Shown here: in pieces, positions 46,511 to 55,107 of the stretch | Layout: every line of letters starts with the position of its first letter | Position numbering within the stretch: the stretch's first letter is position 1 | NCBI GenBank assembly: GCA_947449135.1 | Contig: CANFQO010000008.1 | Location: 2,129 to 66,128 of the forward strand | Reading direction: 5' to 3' | Source: Planctomycetaceae bacterium | GTDB taxonomy: Bacteria > Planctomycetota > Planctomycetia > Pirellulales > UBA1268 | Length of the DNA stretch: 64,000 bases | Notes under the pieces: generated by a model | Seen by the model: the letters and a program-made list of their open reading frames with translations, nothing else | What the model was told of the DNA's origin: nothing | Databases searched by the model: none | Translations under genes and position numbers: made by a program

Positions 46511-48118
46511 TCAGTTGTTTTGCTCGTCCTGCAGGTATTCGCGGGTGCGGTAGGTCCACATCACCGGCAGCAACAGCACGGTGGCCGCGGCCATGCAGCC
46601 GCAGAAAAACCAGTAATAGGCCGCCCCCGACAGCATGGAATTGCCGGCCGCATCCTGGGAGAGAGTGTTGACCAGTGCCGTGAACAGGTTGCCCAGCGAG
46701 ACGCTCAGCAGATACAGGCTCATGATCAGCGACTTCATCTGTGGCGGGGCCTGTGTGTAGCTGAATTCGAGGCAGGTGATGGAGACGAGGATCTCGGCGG
46801 CGGTGATCACGACGTAGGCCAGCAACTGCCAGCCCACGGAGGGCCAGCGGGCGGCCAACCGGGTGCCGTCACCGGTGATCGCGATGCCGGCCCCGACCAT
46901 CGCCTCCGTTCGGGCATCAGTTGCATCGCGGACGGTTTCATTGTTCTGGAAGGTGTCGGCCAGCGCATTGAGGCCCGCCTCCCGCATGGCGGCCTCGGTC
47001 GCCCCGCGGTCCACGCCGTCGTCGGCGACAACAGCCGCCACCACACCGCGAAATCGTCCTGCCTCATCGTCGATCAGCCGCTGGGCGTGCGCCGTGATCG
47101 CGAAAGCGAGAATCGTCAGCAGGAAGCCGACGAGGATCTTACGGAGCGGCGTGAGAGGAATGAACCGCGAGATGCCGGGATAGACGACGAGGCTGAAGAG
47201 CGGGATGAACGCGAGCACCAGCAGTGGGTTGATCGCCTGGATCTGGCTCTCCAGCCACTCGACACCGAGAAACCGTCGGTCCATCCGCTGCGCCTGCTGC
47301 ACCCAGGCACCGCCAGACTGGTCGTAGAGCGACCAGAATACGGCCACCAGAAGATAGAGCGGCACGAGTTTGAAAATGGCGGCCCGGCCCTCCGGGCCGA
47401 AGGTCTCCGCGAAGTAGCGCGGGCCCCGCGGCGGCACGTGGATGAATCTGTGCCGCCCCAGCCAGAAGACGAGCGTGGCAAGCGCCATCAGGATGCCGGG
47501 CACGCCGAAGGCCCAGCCCGCACCGTATTGCCGCAGCAGCCATGGCGTGAGGAGGGTCGAAAAGAACGAGCCGAAGTTGATGGCGAAATAGAACCAACCG
47601 AAGACCCGCTCCAGGAGGTGGCGGTTTGAGTGACCAAACTGGTCGCCCACGTGGGCCGACACGCAGGGCTTGATGCCGCCGGAACCGATCGCCACGAGGG
47701 CCAGGCCGGCCAGCAGCCAGCCCCGTGGTTCGAGCGTGGCCGCGAGCAACGGCTGCGGCAGATCCATGAGGGCGAGGCAGAGGTGTCCGAGGCAATAGAC
47801 GACCGAGAGCAGCAGGATCGTCAGATATTTTCCCAGGAAGGCGTCGGCCACGATGCCGCCGATGATCGGGAAAAAATAGGCGCTGGCCACGAAGAGGTGC
47901 ATCCATTCCCGCGACTCCGGCTCCGTCATGAAGTCGGGGCCGCCCGCCGTGGAGTGCAAAAACTGTGTCATGAACACGACGAGAATCGTCTTCATGCCGT
48001 AGAACGAAAAACGTTCCGCCGCCTCGTTGCCGACGATGTAGGGGATGCCTGGCGGCATGCCGGTGGTGGCGGAAGGCTGCGTGGCAAACCCGGTCTGGTT
48101 GGCGGTCGTGCTGGTCAT
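46511..48118 (-). CDS. Proton-dependent oligopeptide transporter (POT/PTR2 family)
   Basis: PTR2 signatures [21 protein letters not shown] and [13 protein letters not shown] 48118 (MTSTTANQ) is preferred. Confidence 0.85.
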   Translation of the reverse strand: MTSTTANQTGFATQPSATTGMPPGIPYIVGNEAAERFSFYGMKTILVVFMTQFLHSTAGGPDFMTEPESREWMHLFVASAYFFPIIGGIVADAFLGKYLTILLLSVVYCLGHLCLALMDLPQPLLAATLEPRGWLLAGLALVAIGSGGIKPCVSAHVGDQFGHSNRHLLERVFGWFYFAINFGSFFSTLLTPWLLRQYGAGWAFGVPGILMALATLVFWLGRHRFIHVPPRGPRYFAETFGPEGRAAIFKLVPLYLLVAVFWSLYDQSGGAWVQQAQRMDRRFLGVEWLESQIQAINPLLVLAFIPLFSLVVYPGISRFIPLTPLRKILVGFLLTILAFAITAHAQRLIDDEAGRFRGVVAAVVADDGVDRGATEAAMREAGLNALADTFQNNETVRDATDARTEAMVGAGIAITGDGTRLAARWPSVGWQLLAYVVITAAEILVSITCLEFSYTQAPPQMKSLIMSLYLLSVSLGNLFTALVNTLSQDAAGNSMLSGAAYYWFFCGCMAAATVLLLPVMWTYRTREYLQDEQNN

Positions 48119-48243
48119 GTCGGTCTCACGGGCCCACGCGGGGCAGGTTGGCAGCGTGGCCAGAACGGCTGACTGCCCTGCAGAATGTGGCACATCTGCC
48201 GTCTCTGGTGCAAACGCCGCATTCAGCAGACACTTATGACTCT

Positions 48244-49545
48244 ATGGAATCGAAACCCAATCAGCCGAACCATCACGGCGAGCCCGCGGCTCTCCAGCAG
48301 GCGGGGGTGCTCGTCATCACGGTCGATCGGCTGCCGGCGTGGATGCTGGCCGCCTACGGCGCCACCTGGGTGTCGACGCCGGCCCTCGACAGCCTGGCGG
48401 CGAGGGGCGTTCTTTTCGATCGCGTGATTGCGACGTCGCCCGCTCCCGATCAGACGCTCCACGATCTGGTTGGCCAACTGTTCGCGGCCGCTGGTGGCTG
48501 GCAGGCCGCGGTCGTGACCGACGATCCTGCCGTGGCGGCGGGCATGGCTGCCGTCACGGCCGCCGAGCCCACCGTCAGCGTCCGACTAGTCGAGGCAGCG
48601 GCCAAGACAAAAGTCGAGGAAGACGATGCGCGGACCAACATCGCCCGGCTTGTCGATGCTGCGATCGACACGCTCGCCGCGAGGCAGCACCGGTTGGTCT
48701 GGTGCCACGTCGGCAGTCTCGGCGTGGCATGGGATGCCCCGGAGAGGTATCGCGATCGTTACATCGACCCAGAGGATCCGCCGCCGCAGGGCGGGGCCAG
48801 TGTGCCGGGGTTTGCGGTCGATGCCGACACTGATCCCGATCGCGTCGTGGGGGTGCGACAGGTATTTGCCGGACAGGTGACCTTGCTCGACAGCCAGCTC
48901 GCCCGGTTGTTTGCTGCGGTGCGGAAGGGAGTGGACAACGCCAGCGACTGGACGGTGGTCGTTGTCGGCGTCCGTGGCCTGCCGCTTGGGCTCCATGGCT
49001 GGGTCGGCGTGGGAGGACCGGAACTACCGTATGGCGAACTGATCCATCTGCCGGCAATCGTCGTCGATGCGGCTGGGAGGATGGCTGCCCAGCGGTACGG
49101 CGGGCTGGTCGTGCCTGCCGATCTGGGGCGAACGCTTCGCGATTGGATAGCCGAGGCGGCTGGATCGCAGCCGCACGCATCGGCTGTCGATCCGCTGACG
49201 CCTTGGCAGGGCAGAAGCCTGGCGGGACTGTTCGAGAACTGGTCGGTGCCGGTTCGTGACCGGGTGGTAGTGGCGGGGCCCGATGGTGCTGCGATCGTCA
49301 TGCCGGCGTGGCATTGCCTGCGAGCCGCCGGTCCTGTGGAGCCCGGCCTGAAACCCGAGCCGCAGCGGACCCACGAACAACCTGTCCGCCTCTTTGCCAA
49401 GCCTGATGATTTCTTTGAGCTGGCCGATGTCGCCAACCGCTGCTCAGACGTCGCTGGGCCGCTCGGCGAGTTGTTGGAACGTGCCATCGCTGGTGAGCAG
49501 AGGGCCGTCTGGGGGGCGTCGCTGCCCGATGCTGCGAGCGGATAA
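48244..49545 (+). CDS. Sulfatase-like (alkaline-phosphatase superfamily) protein lacking the catalytic motifs
   Basis: A sulfatase-like scaffold (VLVITVDRLPAWMLAAYG...TPALDSLAARGVLF...TVVVVGVRGLPLGLHGW...) but with no C/S-x-P-x-R, DR instead of DD, and GVRG instead of SDHG. Confidence 0.6.
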   Translation: MESKPNQPNHHGEPAALQQAGVLVITVDRLPAWMLAAYGATWVSTPALDSLAARGVLFDRVIATSPAPDQTLHDLVGQLFAAAGGWQAAVVTDDPAVAAGMAAVTAAEPTVSVRLVEAAAKTKVEEDDARTNIARLVDAAIDTLAARQHRLVWCHVGSLGVAWDAPERYRDRYIDPEDPPPQGGASVPGFAVDADTDPDRVVGVRQVFAGQVTLLDSQLARLFAAVRKGVDNASDWTVVVVGVRGLPLGLHGWVGVGGPELPYGELIHLPAIVVDAAGRMAAQRYGGLVVPADLGRTLRDWIAEAAGSQPHASAVDPLTPWQGRSLAGLFENWSVPVRDRVVVAGPDGAAIVMPAWHCLRAAGPVEPGLKPEPQRTHEQPVRLFAKPDDFFELADVANRCSDVAGPLGELLERAIAGEQRAVWGASLPDAASG

Positions 49546-49583
49546 CGCCATGGAAACATGCGTTTTTCGCCGATAAAACCCGC

Positions 49584-52500
49584 TTGGTGGCACAGGTTGG
49601 CCCCCGCTACCATCCCCGGATGGTGCGCCCACTGCCACAATCCGTTTTGCGATCGTCCTGCCGCAGCCGCGGGCTGGTCTGGCTGCTGCTCGCCACGGTC
49701 GTGCTGTCGGCCAACTGGGCGATGGTGCCGGCTGCCGCCCAGGATGCCGGACTCGTCGAACGCCCGGTCACCATCCGCGTGACCTGGGGCGGCGGGAAGG
49801 CCCACGCCTGGTCGGGTTCGATCCGGGTGGTTCCGGCTGAAGCTGAGGCGAAGGCCGCTCCTCCTGACCTTCAGTGGCAGACGCTCTGTACCGACCCCGA
49901 TGCGGCCGCCACCGTCCACGCGGTTGGCAGCACGATCTTCGTGCACGAACCGAGCCGCCGCGGCGGCAACGGGATCGAGCTGGTGATCCCGCGCTGGCGA
50001 GGATCGCGGATCGCCGTAGGACTGGTGGCCGACGGCGACGAGCGGACTGCCTCGACATTCGAGGTCTCCGTCGCCGATCTGCTGGTGGAGGCCCAGCAGC
50101 AGCCGCTCGATCGCGACGGCAACCGCCTCGCCCTGAAGCCTGCCCCCGGAGATGCGCTCCGTGTGGAATGCTCCGTGCCCGCAGCGGTCGCCGGCAGCGT
50201 ACCTGTCCCCACGACGATGTTTCGCCCGGGGGAGATCGTCCGCGTCGCCGTCGATCCGCTCCTGCCGAAGCGGTCGCCTGGATCAGGTGCGGTCGAGCTC
50301 CGCATGCGGCTCAAGGCTGCAGTCGACGCCGAGCCAACGGCTGCCCAATCACTGCTGCTCGTGGAGGCCGGCGGGGCGGCTGCCGCGTCGCCAGCTGAGC
50401 CACGCTTGCAGCGCTACGAGCAGGTCCATTTCGACATCCCTCTATCGGCTCGCGAAGGGGTTTACGACATCGAACTCGAGGCTGTCGAGCGGGGCGGCCT
50501 GCGCTGGTCCCGGCCACTTGCCACGCGGACGGTGCAGTTGTTGGCTGTTTCCGATGTCGACCCCGATGTCACCGCAACGGCATCAGACACCGGCTGGAAG
50601 GTGATCCACGAGCTCGACCCGGGCAGTCCACGGCTGCACGAACGGCTCCGCCGACTGCCGGGCGTTGGCAAATCCTATGTGCCGATGCCGGCCATGCCGA
50701 TGCCTTCGATGTCCATGCCGTCGATGGCACTGCCGAACGTTGCTCTGCCCAACGTGCCCATGCCGAATGTGTCCATACCCAGCATGCCGATGCCGAAGCT
50801 GCCGATCCCAGCGGTGTCTCTGCCGTCGGTGTCGTCGGTGTCGTCGATGGTGCCCCGGCTGAGCGGTCTGCTGGCTGCGGGGCACTCCACCCTGGAGGTG
50901 CACGCCCTGGGGCCGATGCTGCGACTGCCACCGGCGCGATCGGCTGACGAGCCAGCGTGGGAAGGTATCGTGATCGCCGGAGCGCAGCCGGGACTGCCAC
51001 ATCTTGTGGAGGTGGAGTTTCCACTTGATCAGCGGGCGGTCGTGGGCGTGACCGTGCTGGAGGCCGACGCGGCAGAGGCGTCAGTCGAGGTCCGTTCGAG
51101 CGGCGGGTTCGAAGTGACTCCCCCCGTCGCCGCCACCACGAGCACGGGACCGACAGAGCTCGGCCGACACAGCTTTGTGTTTTGGCCGACTACCCGAAAT
51201 CCGCTCGTTGTGATCGCCAATCCATCGCCCCACGCCCCGGCGGTCTTTGGCCGGGTGCGAGTGTCAGCCGGTCCGCTGCGGCCGCCGGCCAAAGCAGCCG
51301 CCGGCGCAGACCGCAGTCTCACCGCAGCGGCTGGTCGCGGCCGACGTGTGCATGCCTATGTGCCCACTCCAGACTTTTCCCAGTTCGGTGCCTTTGAGCG
51401 ACCGGCCAGCGGTGCCGGTCGGCCGTTTGCAGACTGGAAAACGTTTCTCTCCGGGGCGTCGCATGCGGCGGAATGGTTTTCAGCGCAGGGTGCCGCGGGG
51501 GCGATGGTGGTCGTCTACCGCGAGGGCGCTGCCACCTGGCCGTCGCGGCTGACGCGGGGTGCTCCGCGTTGGGACAGCGGTGCCACGTCTGATGCAGGGC
51601 TCGATCCCGTTCGCAAGGATCTGCTCGGCATGCTCTGCCGCCTCCACGCCCGCGAGGGGCTGCGGCTCCTGCCGGCGGTTTCGTTCGATGCACCGCTCCC
51701 GGCCGTTGAGGCGATGCTTCGTGTCGGCGGCGCTGAGGCGACCGGCATCGCCTCCGTGGGCCGCGATGGGAAGCCGCGGCAGATCGAAGGTGGCCGGGGC
51801 TGTCATTACAACGTGCTCGATCCACGGGTCCAGCAGGCCGTGGAGGATGTCGTGCGAGAACTGGCGGGACGGCTCCAGGGGGCCGAGGCCGTCGATGGCT
51901 TGGCACTGGTGCTGCCGCACGACGGCTGGATGCATCTGCCCGGCACGGCCTGGGGTCTCGACGACGCCACCTTCTCCCGATTCCTCGCTGAGGTGGGTGG
52001 CCAGGAGCCGGCGACGGGTGGTGAGCGGTTTGCCCGGCGGGCGGCGCTTGTCGAAGGCCCGCTGCGGGAGCAGTGGCTGGAGTGGCGGGCGGAGTCGATG
52101 GCACGGTTCCATTCCCGACTGGCAGCCGTGTTGGCAGAGCATGAGCCACGGTGGAGCCTGCACGTGGTGCCCACGTCGCTCTTTGCCGAGGGAGAACTGG
52201 CGTCGCGATTCCGTCCCTCACTGGCCGCAGAGCCTGCCGACGCCGATCTGCTGCGCGAGATTGGGCTTGTTCCCTCGCGAATCACCGCCGATCGGCGGAT
52301 CGTGTTCGTGTCGCCGCACGTCCATGCTGCAGCTGACGCGCTCCTCGACCGCTGCATCGTGGACAATGCCAACCGCTCTCTGCCCGTGGCCCGGGGCGTT
52401 GCCTGCGCGGCCCGCCGGGGAGTGATCGCGATCGAGCAGTCGCTCCCGTTGCCAATCGATCACATCGTGCCGCATGGACCGTTCGGCGGCGTGGCTGCAG

Positions 52501-53813
52501 CGGCTGACGTGGCGGCCATTCACGCGGTGGCCGAGGGGCCGGCGCGAGGCAGGTCTCTCGCGGAATCGCTCGTGACGTCGGATGTGGAGGTGGTGTTCGA
52601 TATGGGGCTCCTCTACGGTCGTGTCGAGCCGACTTTCGATCGCTGCCTGCAGGCCTTCGCCGCGCTGCCTGCGGGAGGGCTCGAACTGGCCGAGTCGCTG
52701 GCCGCACCGCTCGTGGTCCGCAGTCGGCGTGACGAGGGGCGGACCATCGTGAGTGTCGCGAATGCGGGACCGGCCCCTTGTCGGGCCGGGCTCGCGCTCG
52801 CAGGCTCGCCTTCTGCGGTCGTGGACGCCGTCGATGGCACGCGGCTGCCGCTCGATCCATCGGGGGGCGCGACCGTGCCGCTGCGGCCCTGGGAGATCCG
52901 CACACTCGTGCTCGATGGCGGTGTGTCAGTGCGGGGATCGCGGGTGGAATTCGACGACGATGTGCGGACTGCGATCGCCGCGCGACTGGCCGACCTGAAT
53001 CGCCGTCGTGCCGTGCTCGAGACACCGCGGCCACTCGACGTGCTCGACAATCCGGGGTTCGAGTTGGCCGGTCCGGGGGGCGCCGCCGCCGATGCGGGCG
53101 ACCGTGCCCCGGGCGGCGGGGTGGGAGGCTGGGAGCTCGTGGAGGCGAGTCGCGGCAAGGTCAGCTTTGTGCCTGGCGTCAATGGTGCGGCTGGCCGCGG
53201 GATCGGTTTCTCTTCGGTGAACGGACTGTCGACCGTGCGGAGCAATCCGTTTCCGCCACCCGCGACTGGCCGTGTGAGCGTGGCCGTGTGGCTTCGCATC
53301 GCCGAGGGGGATCCACAGCCGCCGCTACGACTGGCGCTCGAGGGCATGCAGGAGGGCAGCGAGTATTACCGGTTTGCCCCGGTGGGCGGGCTGGCGGGCG
53401 GCAAGCCGCTCACACCAGGCTGGTCGCAGTTCGTTCTCCAGGTCGACGACCTGCCGGCCCACGGTCTGGAGTCGTTGCGGGTGCGGTTCGACCTGTTGGG
53501 GCCTGGCACCGTGGAGATCGACGGCGTGCGAGTCTTCGATCTGGCCTTCGACGAATCGCAACGAGTGCAACTGTCGCGGCGGCTCTCGTTGATGGAACAG
53601 CGGCTGGTGGCCAACGATCTGGGCTCATGCCTCGTCGAACTCGACACGTATTGGCCGCGGTTCCTCACGGAATTCGTCACGGACGACGCGGTAGCCGCGA
53701 TGGCAGTGGTGCGTGATGATGCTCTGCGAGGCATGGAAAGCCCGGTGCAGCCGGCCCCGTCCACCGAACGCTCGGGCAGCATGTTCGACCGGGTGCGACG
53801 CTGGTGGCAGTAG
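49584..53813 (+). CDS. Very large secreted protein with a GH-like TIM-barrel region and a C-terminal CBM4/9-like domain
   Basis: Signal peptide (LVWLLLATVVLSANWAMVPAAAQ). The mid-region resembles glycoside-hydrolase-like family 10/DUF187 (CHYNVLDPRVQQAVEDVV...LVLPHDGWMHLPG). The C-terminal NPGFEL...GGWELVEA... is jelly-roll-like. Confidence 0.65.
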   Translation: MVAQVGPRYHPRMVRPLPQSVLRSSCRSRGLVWLLLATVVLSANWAMVPAAAQDAGLVERPVTIRVTWGGGKAHAWSGSIRVVPAEAEAKAAPPDLQWQTLCTDPDAAATVHAVGSTIFVHEPSRRGGNGIELVIPRWRGSRIAVGLVADGDERTASTFEVSVADLLVEAQQQPLDRDGNRLALKPAPGDALRVECSVPAAVAGSVPVPTTMFRPGEIVRVAVDPLLPKRSPGSGAVELRMRLKAAVDAEPTAAQSLLLVEAGGAAAASPAEPRLQRYEQVHFDIPLSAREGVYDIELEAVERGGLRWSRPLATRTVQLLAVSDVDPDVTATASDTGWKVIHELDPGSPRLHERLRRLPGVGKSYVPMPAMPMPSMSMPSMALPNVALPNVPMPNVSIPSMPMPKLPIPAVSLPSVSSVSSMVPRLSGLLAAGHSTLEVHALGPMLRLPPARSADEPAWEGIVIAGAQPGLPHLVEVEFPLDQRAVVGVTVLEADAAEASVEVRSSGGFEVTPPVAATTSTGPTELGRHSFVFWPTTRNPLVVIANPSPHAPAVFGRVRVSAGPLRPPAKAAAGADRSLTAAAGRGRRVHAYVPTPDFSQFGAFERPASGAGRPFADWKTFLSGASHAAEWFSAQGAAGAMVVVYREGAATWPSRLTRGAPRWDSGATSDAGLDPVRKDLLGMLCRLHAREGLRLLPAVSFDAPLPAVEAMLRVGGAEATGIASVGRDGKPRQIEGGRGCHYNVLDPRVQQAVEDVVRELAGRLQGAEAVDGLALVLPHDGWMHLPGTAWGLDDATFSRFLAEVGGQEPATGGERFARRAALVEGPLREQWLEWRAESMARFHSRLAAVLAEHEPRWSLHVVPTSLFAEGELASRFRPSLAAEPADADLLREIGLVPSRITADRRIVFVSPHVHAAADALLDRCIVDNANRSLPVARGVACAARRGVIAIEQSLPLPIDHIVPHGPFGGVAAAADVAAIHAVAEGPARGRSLAESLVTSDVEVVFDMGLLYGRVEPTFDRCLQAFAALPAGGLELAESLAAPLVVRSRRDEGRTIVSVANAGPAPCRAGLALAGSPSAVVDAVDGTRLPLDPSGGATVPLRPWEIRTLVLDGGVSVRGSRVEFDDDVRTAIAARLADLNRRRAVLETPRPLDVLDNPGFELAGPGGAAADAGDRAPGGGVGGWELVEASRGKVSFVPGVNGAAGRGIGFSSVNGLSTVRSNPFPPPATGRVSVAVWLRIAEGDPQPPLRLALEGMQEGSEYYRFAPVGGLAGGKPLTPGWSQFVLQVDDLPAHGLESLRVRFDLLGPGTVEIDGVRVFDLAFDESQRVQLSRRLSLMEQRLVANDLGSCLVELDTYWPRFLTEFVTDDAVAAMAVVRDDALRGMESPVQPAPSTERSGSMFDRVRRWWQ
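50685..50860 (+). repeat. In-frame array of about 10 pentapeptide units (hydrophobic-P-x-hydrophobic-x) inside the 1409-aa protein
   Basis: MPAMP MPSMS MPSMA LPNVA LPNVP MPNVS IPSMP MPKLP IPAVS LPSVS. Confidence 0.85.
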
Positions 53814-53859
53814 CCCCGTCAGCCCTGGAATCGCCCCCATGGGGCTGCGACTGCTGCGA

Positions 53860-55107
53860 TCAATGCGGCACGAATGTATGCCGCACCGTTACCTGCCGCA
53901 CCTCGCGGCTTGATGGTTCATAGCAGCGGATGCGAATCTCGATCCCGCGGAGCGGAACCGAGTAGGGGGGGCGAGTATCCCGCTCGGCGTCATCGTCCAC
54001 GACACCGTCGGCGTTGTTGTCGATCCCGTCCGTTCCGCCGTCCACTACGGTGTCGTTATTCTCGTCGATGCCATTGCACTCGTAATGCGTGCTCCACGTA
54101 TCGTAGATGCGTGTCAGTTTCGAAAGGGTTGTGGCAGAGCCTGTGAGCGTAGTCGAGGCGGCGCCCGAGCCGAGATCGACATAACAGCCCAGGCCCGCCG
54201 GACTGGGCGTTGTGGCTCCCGCATAGCCCGGATCCCCGGGCACCAGTCCCACGCTGTTCCCTGACACGGCACGGATCGCCGCCGCCGGATCGAACACACG
54301 CACATCGAACGCCAGCACATTCCGTAGCACGATCTCCTCACCCTGCCGGGAACCCGAGAGAACAGCGGCGCCGCTCGACAGATTCCCCGCCGTGCCGGCA
54401 TAGGGGAACGACCCGCTGCTGACCGTGCCCGCTGGATTGTGGGCGAACCGGTTTTCCCGCTTGGTGAGATCACCGAGGGTATTCGGCAGGAACTCGGTGC
54501 CCTCCACCCGGAGCGAGAGATCGTAGGACTGCAGAACCGAAAACGTCGCCGCGGGAAGCACGCCAAACGACGCGACCGCAAGCCGGTTGGACCTGCTCGC
54601 AAACGCCCCCGCGCCAACGTAATCGAGAACGAGCAACTGCCGTCGGTAGAGATCGTAGAGCGTCATCCCGGCCGTGGTGACGCTGGAGGGACGGCAGAAC
54701 CAGGCCACCTCCGCTGTCCGCGATTCGATGGACGACGTGCCGGAAAAGAGTCCCACGTAGGGCCGGTCGAGCGTGCTGGTGGTGAACAGCAGAGCATCGT
54801 CACAGTCGCCGATCAGTTGCGACGTACCGAGCGACGTGTCGTTGGCGGAACCCTCGATGATCTCGAGGTATCCGGCGTCGGCATCGGCAGCCACCGGTGG
54901 AACCGTCGGGGCGGTGGCGCCAGCCAGATCGATCCGCAGGGCGTGTGAAATGGCCCGCAGTTGTGCCGACGTGATGAGCGAGGCGCGGCTGCGGGAGATG
55001 CTGTTGCCCAGAATGCCGAACAGCTGAGCGATGACACCCATGATGATCAGCGTGAGCGTCGTCGCCACGAGCATTTCCACCAACGTCATGCCGCGACGCA
55101 CGCTCAT
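53860..55107 (-). CDS. Enlarged minor pseudopilin, GspJ/PilW-like
   Basis: Prepilin motif RRG|MTLVEMLVATTLTLIIMGVIA. Asp-rich Ca-type loops GIDENNDTVVDGGTDGIDNNADGVVDDD. C-terminal LRGIEIRIRCYE... Confidence 0.75.
   Translation of the reverse strand: MSVRRGMTLVEMLVATTLTLIIMGVIAQLFGILGNSISRSRASLITSAQLRAISHALRIDLAGATAPTVPPVAADADAGYLEIIEGSANDTSLGTSQLIGDCDDALLFTTSTLDRPYVGLFSGTSSIESRTAEVAWFCRPSSVTTAGMTLYDLYRRQLLVLDYVGAGAFASRSNRLAVASFGVLPAATFSVLQSYDLSLRVEGTEFLPNTLGDLTKRENRFAHNPAGTVSSGSFPYAGTAGNLSSGAAVLSGSRQGEEIVLRNVLAFDVRVFDPAAAIRAVSGNSVGLVPGDPGYAGATTPSPAGLGCYVDLGSGAASTTLTGSATTLSKLTRIYDTWSTHYECNGIDENNDTVVDGGTDGIDNNADGVVDDDAERDTRPPYSVPLRGIEIRIRCYEPSSREVRQVTVRHTFVPH

Noticed and set aside
46412-47629. 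405-aa plus-strand ORF opposite the POT transporter.
   Set aside because: It is antisense to a gene with PTR2 signatures, and its composition (runs of R/E/D/G/H) is not protein-like.
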